A stretch of DNA of 61,984 nt, the filler included, from Vannella sp. (taxonomy: Eukaryota), in assembly GCA_023345925.1 (NCBI GenBank). It is 7 parts of 7 records of this genome, joined end to end, with 100 filler letters (N's around TTAATTAATTAA, not from the genome) between each part and the next. Parts side by side here need not be neighbours in the genome. Positions count along the whole stretch, not along the records: positions 48,568 to 52,946 come from JAJQQN010001123.1; positions 53,047 to 61,984 come from JAJQQN010001350.1; 5 more parts are not named here. One strand, given 5' to 3'. Shown one piece after another: positions 50,196 through 61,984 of this stretch. Made by a program: the position numbers and the translations under genes. Numbering within the stretch: the stretch's first letter is position 1; each line of letters begins with the position of its first letter. The notes under the pieces are model-generated. The model was given only the letters and a program-made list of their open reading frames with translations, had not been told where the DNA came from and did no database searches.

Positions 50196-50765
50196 CTACA
50201 TCAGACCGCACTTATGGTGGCTGTGGGATGGACTAACTAATGCCTCAGCTTCCATTAATGCCTCAGCTTCCAATTTGCGTGCGTAAATCTCGGAAGCCAG
50301 AAGAGCGAAGGCGACATCGATGTTGGCTGAAGTCTTTGCAGAGGTCAACACAAAGCGCGTCTCCATCAGCTTCTCTAAGTCCTTTGTGGCCTCTCTATCG
50401 AAAGGAAGATCGCTCTTATTTCCTACTATCAGCTTGCAGAGGTCCCCACGCCCTTTATCTTCCAATTCTTTCAAAACCACGCGCAGAGTCCGGTAGGGAT
50501 GCGGGTCTGTCAAATCGAAGACGAGGAGCACCCCTTCAGCGAGATGGAGGTCTTCAATGCAAACATGAACATCGTTTTCTTCCACATAAATCACCCTGCT
50601 TGCCCTGAGGGGGTCGGTACTGACGAGACTGAAAGAATCATGGCAGAATCGCTGTACTATGGAAGAGACTCCAACACCGCTTCCGCCAAGCACAGCAATG
50701 TTAAACACATAGTCATACCCTTCCTTCCTCAAGTGGGCCACAGTTCTCACAAACTCCACCAACAT
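50196..50765 (-). CDS. Degenerate Ras/Rab-like small GTPase with CAAX box
   Basis: GGSGVGVSS, VLLVFD, VGNKSD, TSAKT and C-terminal CGLM. It lacks the P-loop Lys and the DxxG motif. Confidence 0.85.
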   Translation of the reverse strand: MLVEFVRTVAHLRKEGYDYVFNIAVLGGSGVGVSSIVQRFCHDSFSLVSTDPLRASRVIYVEENDVHVCIEDLHLAEGVLLVFDLTDPHPYRTLRVVLKELEDKGRGDLCKLIVGNKSDLPFDREATKDLEKLMETRFVLTSAKTSANIDVAFALLASEIYARKLEAEALMEAEALVSPSHSHHKCGLM

Positions 50766-50941
50766 TGCCGGATGACGGAAATGAAAATGAACAAGTGTTT
50801 TGTTTTAATCAGTGATGTTTATCGTTAACTTATTTGGTAAAGATCCGATACTCTTTTCAAAATTATTCGATTAATAAAATTTTTATTTTTTATTTTTGCT
50901 TGTCGAAAGGGTGTTCGTTCTTCATCCATTTTCTTGAGGGC

Positions 50942-52946
50942 ATGTGGGTGATCGAACGGCTGCGCGAACAGATTCCTGGATTGCTCGGTGCACCTCCTCA
51001 GTGCTTTGAGGAGGTCAGGGACTTGCGAGAAGAGCAGGGAGAGGTCCAGACTGGATCGGCCGTACTTCCCTGTGTATGGGAGGTTGCTATGCGGAGCCAA
51101 CACTTTGTCCTGGAGAGGAGACATCTTCTACCACCTCCCCCAGAGCTATCAGATCTGGCTAGAACGTCTGGCACCTTCATTCCGCCCTCCACCATTTCAA
51201 ACTGTTCCTTTTGCGCTCGTTTGCAGCGTACAGGCTCGGGGCAGTGTCTTGCTTGTCAGGAGACAGAGTATCGAATCATATATGGTCTTCAGGCTTCAGA
51301 TAAGACTAGCACCTCACTCGTGGTCGCCAAGAGCAACAAGTTGGAGGAGATTGAAGTGAACTGGGGTCTTCTGCAAGAACATCTACAGCCCGTGATGCAA
51401 GCACTCATAGAGGAGTCAATTAAGCAGTCCTCTGGACCTTCCAGACGCCCGAAACCACGAGGATTCCTTCAAACCAACTCCCCGGCGAGACCAGACAGTC
51501 CAGGACCTAATGAACTGGTTCAGAAGGAGTTGGATGATTTTCTACGATTGAAGCTGGTCTCTCTCATCAAGGAGTCTTCACAAGTGCAGTCTAACTTGCC
51601 TTCAAGCTTGCGAGAGTCCACCTTCCGAAGCACCTTTCGTTCTTTCGATGACTGCCAGTATGTCAAGCTTCGTAAGGGCCTCTGAACAAGTGAAGGCGCA
51701 TTCTGATGATTTTATAGTGGAAACCTGCAGTCTGTGGGACCGCCAGTACAGCTTTGGGGTGCTTTGTGTGACTGACAGTTTTCTCTTCTTCCAAGAGGTT
51801 GCAGGACCACGAAGCTTGTCTATTCCATTAGCTAGTGTGGGAGATATCAAACAAGAAAACGCCCGCTGCTTTCCTAGCATCTCTATCCAGATGCAGAAAG
51901 ACGGAGACTATTTGTGGTTTATGGAGATTGCGGACCTGGGAAGGACTCTCAAGGGACTAATTGACGTTTGGAGAAAAGCCGTATTAGAGGGGATACATAG
52001 CAAAGCTTTAGTATCCAAAAAGGCGTACGAAAAGACAAGAAGAGCCAATAAGGATCGCAGCACAACCTCTTGTGAGAGAACCGGCACGCAACCTTCGAAG
52101 GCAACTTTCCCTGCCAAGAGAAGACTAAGTGACCCAACTGACTTGAGTAATGCGAATTGGAGTGAGACGAATGAGCTGTTTGATAATCTCAAGCCGCTTT
52201 TCAGCAATCCAGCACTTGAAGTGATCATGCAAAGTGCGTAATTGTTCGCAATGTCTTTCAAGTGGCTTACTAATGCTTTGCAGTGCCCGCAAAACTATTT
52301 CGAAGTCTCGAGAAAGATGCAATCACACGGGAAGGGCTGTTGGAGGTATCCTACAAGTCCTTGCACTTTACTTCTTGGGATGCTGCCTATGCCGTGACAA
52401 TGACGTTCGTGGATGTCCAAAGTATATCACAAAAGAGACTTGATTTGGTACGCGTTAAGCTTGTGGATGAGCGCTCAAAGAGAATCTACCTCCAATTGGA
52501 GCAAAAGGGAGTGGCAGGAATGATCTCTCAGCTCCATAAAGTAGGAGCGGCTGTAAAATCAAATGGTCTCCTATCAAGTAACCCGAGCGATCCAGCATGG
52601 CGAGAGAAGCAAGAATTCTTCCGTCCTTACTTGGGAGAGAACTCCCAAGAGGCTAATTACCGAGGTAATGAGGCGGATGTGCTCAATCGATGGCGCCAAT
52701 ACTTGGATTTCTTTGGTAGAGGAAGTACTATTATCCGGACTCAGTCCTTGAGCGAGCTAATTCTCACTGGATTGCCCAATACTCTGCGCCGTAAGTTATC
52801 GAATTGTTCCTGGGGGTTGCGGTCTAAAATCCCCCAGCAATGATGTGGCAAGTGTCGAGCGGCTCGTACTATAGCCGCATAAATAGTACTGTGGCTTACA
52901 GTCACTGCTTGGACAAGGCTCGGGCTTGCTTAACTATGACAGAATC
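50942..52946 (+). CDS. GRAM + TBC Rab-GAP (TBC1D8/9, Mdr1-like), 3' truncated
   Basis: MWV..HFVLERR N-terminus, two GRAM-like segments and WRQYLDFFGRG..IRT..LILTGLPNTLR before the gap. Confidence 0.7.
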
Positions 52947-53046
52947 NNNNNNNNNNNNNNNNNNNNNNNNNNNNNNNNNNNNNNNNNNNNTTAATTAATT
53001 AANNNNNNNNNNNNNNNNNNNNNNNNNNNNNNNNNNNNNNNNNNNN
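52947..53046. other. Artificial contig-joining spacer
   Basis: N-TTAATTAATTAA-N, 100 nt. Confidence 0.97.
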
Positions 53047-53226
53047 CTCGAAGGTCTCTTCTTAGGTGGCTCTTCATTCTCAACCGCCTTCCTCTCCTTC
53101 CTTTTTCCTGAAGAGCGGGCGGGTATCCCGTTGACTGGTTTGACGAAGGGATGAAGGGAGCTGGAATAATGAAATTTAATACAAATGTGAATGTTAGTTG
53201 TGACGAAGAATCATTATTATTAGAGC

Positions 53227-54729
53227 ATGGAGAAGGGTCGCTCCTCCGGGGTCGGGTACAGCGTGCGCAACCAGTTCCTCTGTAAGGTACGTGGGGCCGT
53301 ACTTGAAAGGGATTGTGAAGAACATTCATTGATGGAAGTAGGCGCTGTTGTCTGATGCGCAGTTCCGGTTAGCGGGGGCGCTGACCGCGCCTGATCGTTC
53401 CGCGAGCAACGGTTTGGTGGTGAGCTTTCTCCGCTTCTATGGCGCCCACGGGCGTAGCTCTAGCCTCCTCCGGCACTTCTTTGCTCTTGAACTGGATAAG
53501 CCTCGTCCGTAACATCCTAACGGCTGTCCACTCTTCTCTTCTTCTTACTTCCACGTCCAGACGAAGTCAGCACTCTCTTCCGAGAGTCCAGTACCGCTGT
53601 TACCTTCTTCACCACGTACTTTCAAGAGAAGGCCCAAACATACATTCAACGGCTGCTCCTCCCAACCGTCTCTGCAATCTGCGGGGGAGAAAGGTCGTGG
53701 GAAGTGAATCCCGAGTCTGTAGGTCAAGAAGAAGCTCAGCGCAACTCTGCGGATCTACAAGCACTGATGTCCGCTCTCCTTGATCGAGTCTTCCAAAAGG
53801 ACCGAGCTGTTCCTCCGTGCGTTTGTCCCGTTTTGGGGTGCCGTGTGTCTGACCTTACGGGAAGGGAGATAACCGCTCTCCTGGGCCACTTGCAAGGTTG
53901 TGTGCTTGACAAGTTTGGGGAGAAGGCGAGCGACATTCTGGTAGGCCAGGTGAATGTCCGGGTCCAATCCAATCTAACAAAACTCAGCCGGCCTTCTTCA
54001 TTCTCCGTTGCATCTGCCCAGCCATTGTTAGCCCTCACCGCTTTGGTTTAGTACAGAGTATGAAGCTTGTCTCACTCCTGCTCCTCTCTTCTGACTCCAT
54101 CCAAAGACCCGCCATCGAAACAAGCGCTTCGAGGGCTCGTACTAATCGGCAAAGTCCTCCAAGTCCAAGCCAACAAGGAGCACTTTACTGAGCAAAAGGG
54201 AGTTTTCCTTTGTGAGTTCAACCCTTTGATCCAGCAGCATTCAGCGGCCTTTGAAACCTTCTCCCGGCATCTTCTATGTCCCTCGGAAGAGTCCGCCGGC
54301 GAGGAGGAGTCTCTCGTGAGTCCGGAAAGCTATCAAAGTGCGTTGGAAGATATTCGAGGGGAAATAGAAGCGGGCCATTGTTGTGTATCGGATGCCCTGG
54401 CTTTAGATAGTCCTGAACTACGATGTCTTCTGGACAGTGAGTTCGGAAGCCTTCTTCCTCTGAGGAAGCCAACGCAAACACAAGACGACTACCTTTCCGT
54501 CCTCCACACCGGAGACCGAAACAAGAATAGCAAAGTTGCTCGAAGTCTGAGCAGTAAACAATCAGACTCGTCGTCAAGGCATCACACCATAACAAGAAGT
54601 CCTTCCGTACGTGAAGGCTCCGCTATCAAGAGCGAGAACTCTGCCCAAGTTCTCTCTTTGAAGGATCTTCTTCGAGATGAGACACGCAACCGGAACTTGG
54701 TCGATCTAGCACTGGATGAAGCGTTGTAA
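53227..54729 (+). CDS. RasGAP-domain protein
   Basis: Spliced model gives TLFRESS (arginine finger), FFILRCICPAIVSP and RGLVLIGKVLQVQAN. Confidence 0.85.
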
Positions 54730-54865
54730 GTCCCAAGGGAGACTTGTTTGACTGAGAAGGTTGTTAATTCTGTGGGGAAACAGAGAGCGACTGGACAAGC
54801 TGAAAGCTTTGGACAATAAGTGCATTTGTAATAGGAAATAGAAACACGTGAAGATTCGCTGTCGA

Positions 54866-57479
54866 TTAACGGGCAGCAAAGTTGGTGTCGAGCTTGGCAA
54901 AAAGGGCTTGGAAGCGCTCTCGCTCATTCTCGCATCGAAGCAACTGCTTTTCGAGGAGTTGGAGTCGCTCTGTCATCCCGGCTGCTCCAAGCTTGAAGAG
55001 CTCTTCAAATTGGAGGTCGGAGAGCTGGCGGAAGTGAGAGGTGATTGTTGAAGACATGTTTTTGAAGCTTCGTTCGTATGAGTGGCGGACAAGAAATAAG
55101 GTAAGACTTACACTGGGTCCAAGAAGAAAGCGTTGAACTTGTTCCGAATGAACTTGACAAAGAAGAATCGGATTCCTGCGAACAGGCGAGCTGACATGAG
55201 CCTCACTTGGTTGTAACTGTCTCCAGTGATGCGACGAGAACGGGTTCCTTCGCCAATGGTGGCGTGCTTGGTACTTTCCATGAGATTGACGACTCTCTCC
55301 ACTGTCTGTTCAGGAGTGGGAGAAAGGTAATCGTAGGTTTCGCTAAAGAGCTTCAGATAAGTTTGAAATTGACCTCCATAGGGCACTTACTCTTCAAGTG
55401 TGACGAATCCATGAAGCAAGTCCCAATCAATCACGCGCGTGAGCGTGTCAAAGTCATCCATCATCTTCTCTCTGCACTGGATTTGGATGGTCTCCACAAA
55501 CTTGCCGAAGATGCTTTCCAATTCATGGAGAAGTTGGTCATTCATCTCTTCCTCTGTCTCTGATCGAATCACGGCAACTGCGACGTGGAACAGTCGCTTG
55601 ATGATGTAAGCACATCTCCGCAGCACAGTGGAGATGAGAGGGAGAAGAGCCGCTCTAGACTTGATCTTGACGATGTCGCTTGCAGCTGTTTCAAACATGG
55701 GCACATTGTGAGACTATTCAGTGTCAAATGGGGTCTGTTGAAGCTGATAGAATGAAAGTTACCTTTGAAATTCCGATCGCAGAGGCAACCTCGTTCATGG
55801 AGGTGTTGGGGAACTCTGTGCTGTGTGCAACATACTCAAACTCGTTCATCAATCTCTGGAATTGAGCTCCGCCGTAGAGTTTGATGTCGTGGTTCACGAT
55901 GTCAAACTTGAGCTTCGGGGCAGGCCATTCCGGCAACTCTGAAAGCGAGAGGTTAATGAAGCTCCATCAAGAATGTGAGGAACTAACCACTGTCCACCCG
56001 CTCCTCCTCAAGAGTCTGGCCAAAAGTGTCTGGATCTCCCACAATGGATCCTTCGAGAAGCTTCTCGACAAGATGCGAGAAACGCTGGACGTAGTTCACT
56101 GCTTTGGATCGCATCAAGTCAATGTTAGAGGACTCTAGCTCATGTCGGATCCTGCGGATCTCCTCCTTGGTTTTCCTGCAAATCGCATCCAGAGTAGCAA
56201 GAGTGGGACGGAGGCTTTGGTGATACTTCTCGGTGAGTAGCTTCTCCAAAAAGTTCTTGGAGCGGTAAAACCCGATTTGCGAGATGAACCGCCTCTCATC
56301 AAACTTGGCCTTCAGTAGAGTTTGGTAATCGCTGAGATAAACCTCTTTGATAGCATCTTTGAACTCGCTGCTATCGAGGTCTCGGTCCACAGGGAGACTG
56401 ATGAAGAAGGGCTTCTTCTGAGGGGGAAGACCTTCACCCTCCAAGTATTTGTGGGTCTCCTCTGCTGTTCGGAGCTCTTTGACACGGTTATCGAACCTGC
56501 ACTATCGGTAAGTCTTGGGGCAAAGAGATTGTCTGACCTACTTTGTGTTGATCAACACGGAACGTGCAAAGTTTGGGTCAACTTTACGGACAATCGGACG
56601 GGAGATGGAATTGGCCCATTCGGTTGTGGATTGCTCGATACAGATGATGATTCTACTTTTTTGGCGCATCACGCGCTCAGAAAGAGCTTGGATCTGCTGG
56701 CTGAGCTTTGGGTCTCCTCCATGCCGAAATCCTGAGAACAGTTAGAAGAATGGCACTCCGGATCAGGCTGGGACTGACCTGGCATGTCCCAAATGGTCAA
56801 GTTAGCACAGTAACAGTACTCAACGCGGAGTATGATCGGTACAGGAGAGATGACGTCTCCCTTGCCAACGATCTTATCCGTTCTTTGAGAGATTTCTCGG
56901 GAGAGAATGTCGGTTGGAGTCTCAGACTCGAATGGATCTTCTTCCTCCGATACCAAACGCTCCTTTCGGAAGCGACATCTGGGAGACTTCATTGAAGGGT
57001 TGTTGATCATCTGCAAGATCAAAGGCCGTCGAGTGCCAATGTCTAATGACGGTTGAGCCATAGAACGAAGAGAAAGGAGCTGCACCTACTGGAAGCCACC
57101 AAATTGAATTGAAAACCAAGAAGACCTTCGATGAAAGATGACTTGCCGTCCGATTGGTTCCCAACAACCACCAACTCAGGAGTCTCGAAGGCAATCTGAA
57201 AACTGAAAGGGCAGGTGAGCTCAAGGCCTGGACAGTTGATGTAACTCACTCCTTGGAGATACCTTGCAAGTCATTGAAGAGTGCATACATCTCGCTGTTG
57301 ATCTGATAGGAATTCTCCTCTTCTGAGTTCACTCGGCCTTCCTCTTCCTTGAGTTTACGCTTCACAGCTTTCTTCCACTCTTGCTCTTCCTCTCGTCTCC
57401 GCTTCCGAGGTCCATCCTTGGGAAAGGGGTCATCCGCCTCCGCTTGATTTTCGTGGTTCTCCTTGCCCAAGGTCGTCAT
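54866..57479 (-). CDS. Dynamin-related protein of the DRP5/DlpA-C type
   Basis: PELVVVGNQSDGKSS, GTRRPLILQM, LTIWDMPG and the DRP5-type KLYGGAQFQRL, across many short introns. Confidence 0.9.
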
Positions 57480-57689
57480 GGCTGCATCCTGATGTTAGAC
57501 AGCGACCATCCCCTCTGCAGACCCACCTTCTACCGTGCCCCTCCTTTGAATAGCGGAAGGGAAGTCCTGCAACATCAAGACAACAGAAAAATGGAGCAAA
57601 GAGTGAGTAATGATCAAGGCACGTAACCAACCTTTTTTCAGTTTTTCCTAGTATTTTTCGTCAAATTTTCAGGTTTGGGCCATTTTTTC

Positions 57690-58409
57690 ATGGGAGCTTC
57701 TCCCTCTCTCCTTCGTCTTCCTGCCGACTATGCACAGCTACAGAGAGACGTGATGGAGGCAAATGTGATGTACGTAAGATGATGGATAGGGGATGGGGAC
57801 TCAAGGGAAGCCAGATCGAGCCGTTTCTTAAGCAGAGAAGGAGAACGGCTTCAGTTTCGGGCGGGAAAGATTGAAGAGCTTGCGTTTCCCGCTCTATGGA
57901 AGCTTCAGTGTACTATTCGGGCCGTTAAGGTGTGTTTGGGTTGTTCTGCCTCCATTTCTCATCGTTTCTTCGGCAGGAGAACAAGGATGGTCAAATGAGA
58001 GCTTCAAAACTCCTCAACATCAAACAGTTCTACCAAATCTATCGTCTAATGGAAGAATACGCTGAGTTAGATGTCAGCGAACACACACCCGGTTGTACAG
58101 AGATAAGCGAGGGACCTGAGGGTGAATCCATTGATACAGAATGTCCCATCTGTATGGAGAGGCAGACCGACATCGTCTTCCCTTGTGCCCATAGCTTCTG
58201 CCAAGTCTGTGCACAGAAATGGTACGTCAACAGAAGGACATCGGAATCCATGACTTGGTCTGATGGAGGCTGGAAGGGAGTTGCAGTCCTGTGAATGCCC
58301 ATTGTGTCGAGAAACGATTTCAGTGAACTCTTCCTGGCTTCTGATGGGATCGGGCGACTCCATCCACGATATCTTTACCCTTTTCGAGAACTTCTTGAAA
58401 GAGATGTAA
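57690..58409 (+). CDS. RING-HC E3 ligase, RNF141/AIRP2-like
   Basis: MGAS start, SKLLNIKQFYQIY and CPICM..PCAHSFC..C..W..CPLCR after splicing. Confidence 0.8.
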
Positions 58410-58467
58410 TCAAGTGGGTTCAGTCATACCAGTCAGTTCTTGTTTATTCGTTGCTCCCAAAGTCTTT

Positions 58468-60191
58468 TTACTCTTTCTTTTGTCGCTTAGCAGCTGGCTG
58501 TTTCTCATCAGCTGCTCTTGGTCTCTTGGTGATGACTGCTGCTCCTGCATAAGCAGCTTTCATCTTTTCCAGATTGATAGGCCGGACAACATCATGGTCA
58601 ACAATAGGAAGAGGATAATCCTCTCCAATAATGCATCCAGCAGCTTTTTGTACCTCGATGGGAGCCTTCCACGGTTCGTAAATGTACTTGGCAGGGAACT
58701 TCTTCAGAGCTGGAACAAAGTGCCTGACAAAGTTCCCGTTCTTGTCAGTCTTTTGCCCAAAGGCAACAGGTGAGTAGACTCTAAAGTATTGGTGAAAGAA
58801 CCCAGACGCAGAGAGCCACATCCAATTGGCGTTGTTCAAAGCATAGTCAGCATCCAGAAGGAGTTCGTCAAAGACGTCTCTTCCTTCCTCCCAATGAATA
58901 TATAAGTCTCCTCTTGTGAGAAAGCAAGCAACTGCATGACGACCAAGATGGTGCATCCAACCATGCTCTCTCAACTGAATCATGCAAGCGTCAATCCAAG
59001 GATATCCCGTTCTTCCATCTTTCCATGCAGCAAGATTGCTGGCTGCCTCTGAGTTTGGCTGAGGATAGACAAAATCGATCTGCTTGCAGAGGGGGTTTCC
59101 CTCCATCTTGTGGAAGTTCGGAATGCAAACAGAAGAGAGGTAAAAGTACTCCCTCCAATACAGTTGCCCGTGGAGAGACTCTGGAGGCTGTGACACTGGG
59201 GTCCTCTTGTTGGCATTAATGATGTTCTGAATCGCATGCCAAACGTGCCGAGGAGAGATGCAGCCGAACTTAAGGTACGGAGACAGAGTTGTGGTGGAAG
59301 GCGTCATGTCATTGGGCGCTGTTTTGGGCTTCTGAAAAGCCAATACTTGTGAGGCATCTGCCATGAATTGCCCCAATCGCCAGTGGGCCTCTGTTTCACC
59401 TCCTACAAAGTAGCAGTGCTCGGTAGAGTACGGATTCCTCCTGGCAGAGGGACCTTTCTTCGACTGACTTGGTGACTTGAAAAGAGGGTCGGACGGTGAT
59501 CTCGGATAAATGGAAGGGAGAAGCGGCTTTTCTTTGCCTTCCATCATCTTGAGGATCTCCACAGCTATCAGAAGTCAGATTATATCCTTCATTAGTGGGT
59601 TCACTCACTCTCCAGACCATCCAAGAACTCCTTTCCCTCAGGAAGGCTGGGGATCACTGTTGGTTCATCCAAAGGAACCTCTGGAGGACCCATCTTATCT
59701 ATGAGAGTAGTCATAGATCGATAAGCTTTGATCCAGTCGCCTTCTTTCAGCTTTGCAGCAGTTTTAAGCGTCTCAAGATCGAACAAAGTGTGTCCGGAGG
59801 TGGAGACGCAATGAACCTTGGCCTTTGTGCAGACTTTCTCAATGTTGGCATCTCTCTTGAGTGCATAAGGTTCCGAGTCAACCTCAAACCCGAGAACTTT
59901 AACGTTCCACTTCTTAAGAAGGGACGGAATCGTCTCTTCTGGAGACCCACGGATCACCAGTAAGCGACTGTCCAGCTTCATGAGAGAGCTGTTCAAGTCG
60001 TCTAAGCTTTCCATAAGGAATCGCCAACGATTAGAGCCCACCGCGCTGCCAAAGTGAGGATCAAGAACAAAGATTGGATAGCACACCGAAGCATTTCTCT
60101 TCTTTCCCTCCTCCAGAGCCCGAACCAACGCTTTGTTATCCTTCAAACGAAGCCCCTTCCTAAACCAAAAGACAACGGAAGGTGCAGCCAT
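58468..60191 (-). CDS. (6-4) photolyase / cryptochrome
   Basis: WFRKGLRLKDN, TTLSPYLKFGC, GQLYWREY, GWMHHLGRHAVACFLTRGDL, NWMWLSASGFF and YIYEPW motifs. One intron near 59565-59605. Confidence 0.95.
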
Positions 60192-61758
60192 CCCCGACGG
60201 AGCAACAAAGAATGTCAGTCAAAGTCAGATTGAGTCCGGTCAAGCAATGTCTCGCTAGCTCGAAGATAAGAGTGAATGTGTCATGGAGAGTTGTCATGTG
60301 TATAAGGAAGTTCTTTGGAAGGATGGTATCGATGCTGCTGGGAGAAATGTTGAACTTATCGAGTTCCTTGATGAGGATTTGTGGAATGGCGTAATAAGTG
60401 TGTCCCAACATTCGGCTGGAGCGGAAGGGAGCCAGATGATCCTGTCGTAAAACAGTGGGAGATTCCATATCAATGAACTCGACGACGAGAGTGCCAGGCA
60501 AGCAGAAGAATGTGTTGTACATTGCACCACCATGAGGTCCAATCACTGCCCGTGCCGAATTGAACAGTCGTAATGCCTCCATTGGGGTATACTCTTCGGA
60601 GTTGAACACAACAAAAACGCCTCCCCAGGCCTCCACATGCCTTCTGATGCGTTCCTCCACTTCCTCGCTGTTTTCTACTTTTCTGGTTCCTGAAGCCAGC
60701 AGCTGGTTCCTGGAGTTGTAAATGACAAGGTTACGAAGCTCTAGAGGGATGATCCGAACGCCTAAGTAAGATTGGACCCTCCTCCAATGATAAGGATGCA
60801 TTGGGGGAGTGTGGCATCCATAGTGAAGTATCTCGGCGTGTTGGTTTTCTGGCTCTGTGGGATTGCAGAAGGATTGAAGTCCTTGAGATTGAGGGATGGA
60901 GCACAAGTAGGGCTGGTGGGAGGACTGGATAATCAACACCGTTTCGGGAGGAATGTCGTCCAACCATTGCATCAGTTTAGGAAGCGAGCCATCCAGAAAG
61001 TGCTGCCACATTTGGGACGAAGGCACTCTCAAGAAGATCTTGTGCACCTTCTCTGTCCCGTTGGGAGTGGAATAAGGCTCCCATTCTCTCTTCAAAATGT
61101 CCTTAAAGTTCCTGTCTGCATTCCCGCACCTCAAATCATCGCTAAGCCGAGTGGACACGTCCTTCATACTCACTAATAGGCCTGTAGTATCAATGATCTC
61201 GTCAAAGACGGCTCCAAACTCGGGATCGGTCAACTTTGGATTGTCAATGCAGAGCTGGAGACCGCGCTGCACACAGGAGGATGTACGATCCATAGTGACA
61301 GGGAAGAGCTCATGGAAGCTCTTGATCCACACGTGGCGGTCTTGACCGGTGGCGAACTCAGGGAAAGGCAGATGGAAGGGAGGGAAGGCTAACTCGACGT
61401 ACTTGAGGATTCTCTCGCATTCTTCGAGTCCCAGGAGGCAAGGTTCTGTGCTGTTGCGTGAAGGAAGTACTTCAAGGAAGGTTTGAATGATAGGGAGAGT
61501 TTCCCACTCGATGGATCGCCAGTGCATTGGGCTTTGGAAAGGGAATGGACTGGGAGAAGAGGTGGCAAGACGGGGCTCGTCTACTTCTTGTGTTGAAGCG
61601 GGCAAGGCATACGGAAGAGAGGAAAAGGTTTGTGGGAGAATCGGGACATTGTCCCTCAAGAGACCCTCATGAGAAGGGATGTGCACAGCTCCCAATGATA
61701 AGATCGACCAAATACTCCAGAGGCCCAACACCACAAAGAAAAGGCGCCAAGGCAGCAT
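60160..61758 (-). CDS. Type II membrane glycosyltransferase, GT61-like
   Basis: N-terminal signal anchor, WQHFLD.LPKL and LFNSARAVIGPHGGAMYNTFFC..GTLVVEF. Confidence 0.78.
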   Translation of the reverse strand: MLPWRLFFVVLGLWSIWSILSLGAVHIPSHEGLLRDNVPILPQTFSSLPYALPASTQEVDEPRLATSSPSPFPFQSPMHWRSIEWETLPIIQTFLEVLPSRNSTEPCLLGLEECERILKYVELAFPPFHLPFPEFATGQDRHVWIKSFHELFPVTMDRTSSCVQRGLQLCIDNPKLTDPEFGAVFDEIIDTTGLLVSMKDVSTRLSDDLRCGNADRNFKDILKREWEPYSTPNGTEKVHKIFLRVPSSQMWQHFLDGSLPKLMQWLDDIPPETVLIIQSSHQPYLCSIPQSQGLQSFCNPTEPENQHAEILHYGCHTPPMHPYHWRRVQSYLGVRIIPLELRNLVIYNSRNQLLASGTRKVENSEEVEERIRRHVEAWGGVFVVFNSEEYTPMEALRLFNSARAVIGPHGGAMYNTFFCLPGTLVVEFIDMESPTVLRQDHLAPFRSSRMLGHTYYAIPQILIKELDKFNISPSSIDTILPKNFLIHMTTLHDTFTLIFELARHCLTGLNLTLTDILCCSVGDGCTFRCLLV

Positions 61759-61984
61759 CGATCCAAACGAAATGGCCTTTCAAGGCAGATCCTCATTCCT
61801 CTTTTCGATTTCAAGGAATGATCGGAACTTTTCATCCCCGATATTTTCTACTCTTTGAGGAATTCCATCGGCTTTCCTGAGTATTGATGAAATATAAATT
61901 TGGTTGGAAGGATTGAGGATGACTTGGAAGACGACAAGGCAAAAAGGCGGGAAATGCTTGATGCAGTTGGTTCTTGAGGCGGGG

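Noticed and set aside
17170..50765. Prenylation 'cluster' (ICMT, GGPS1, CAAX GTPase)
   Set aside because: The three genes lie on different contigs.
10646..53046. Six recurring TTAATTAATTAA motifs as a biological repeat
   Set aside because: Each lies inside an identical 100-nt N spacer, so it is a concatenation linker. Gene adjacency across these spacers means nothing.
413..61758. Alternative genetic code or programmed frameshifts explaining the broken ORFs
   Set aside because: The breaks I checked in conserved genes resolve with canonical GT-AG introns, and TAA, TAG and TGA all end conserved genes.

Overview
Eukaryotic DNA: a very compact, roughly 50% GC protist genome with short (about 40-90 nt) GT-AG introns and often only 50-150 nt between genes. 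The gene set (DlpA/DRP5-type dynamin, cAMP-receptor-like GPCR, 7TM-kinase) suggests an amoebozoan or similar amoeboid protist, which is an inference. The window is seven unrelated contig pieces joined by artificial 100-nt N/TTAATTAATTAA/N spacers. Most genes are housekeeping: PSME4, UPF1, NAA38, ICMT, MAP65/PRC1, MED31, MRPS9, acyl-CoA synthetase, UFSP2, MTRR-like, GGPS1, RNF141-like and (6-4) photolyase. The most unusual items are domain architectures: an LRR-mucin-GPS single-pass receptor with one exon per LRR, a 7TM-TKL kinase fusion, an IQ-RhoGEF-PH-RhoGAP-SAPS-like fusion, a saposin-purple acid phosphatase fusion and a prenylatable pseudo-GTPase. Also notable are purine-rich 3' splice sites, a same-strand gene overlap and a repeat-rich pseudogene patch. 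Gene models were spliced by eye, family calls come from recalled motifs, and no database searches were run.
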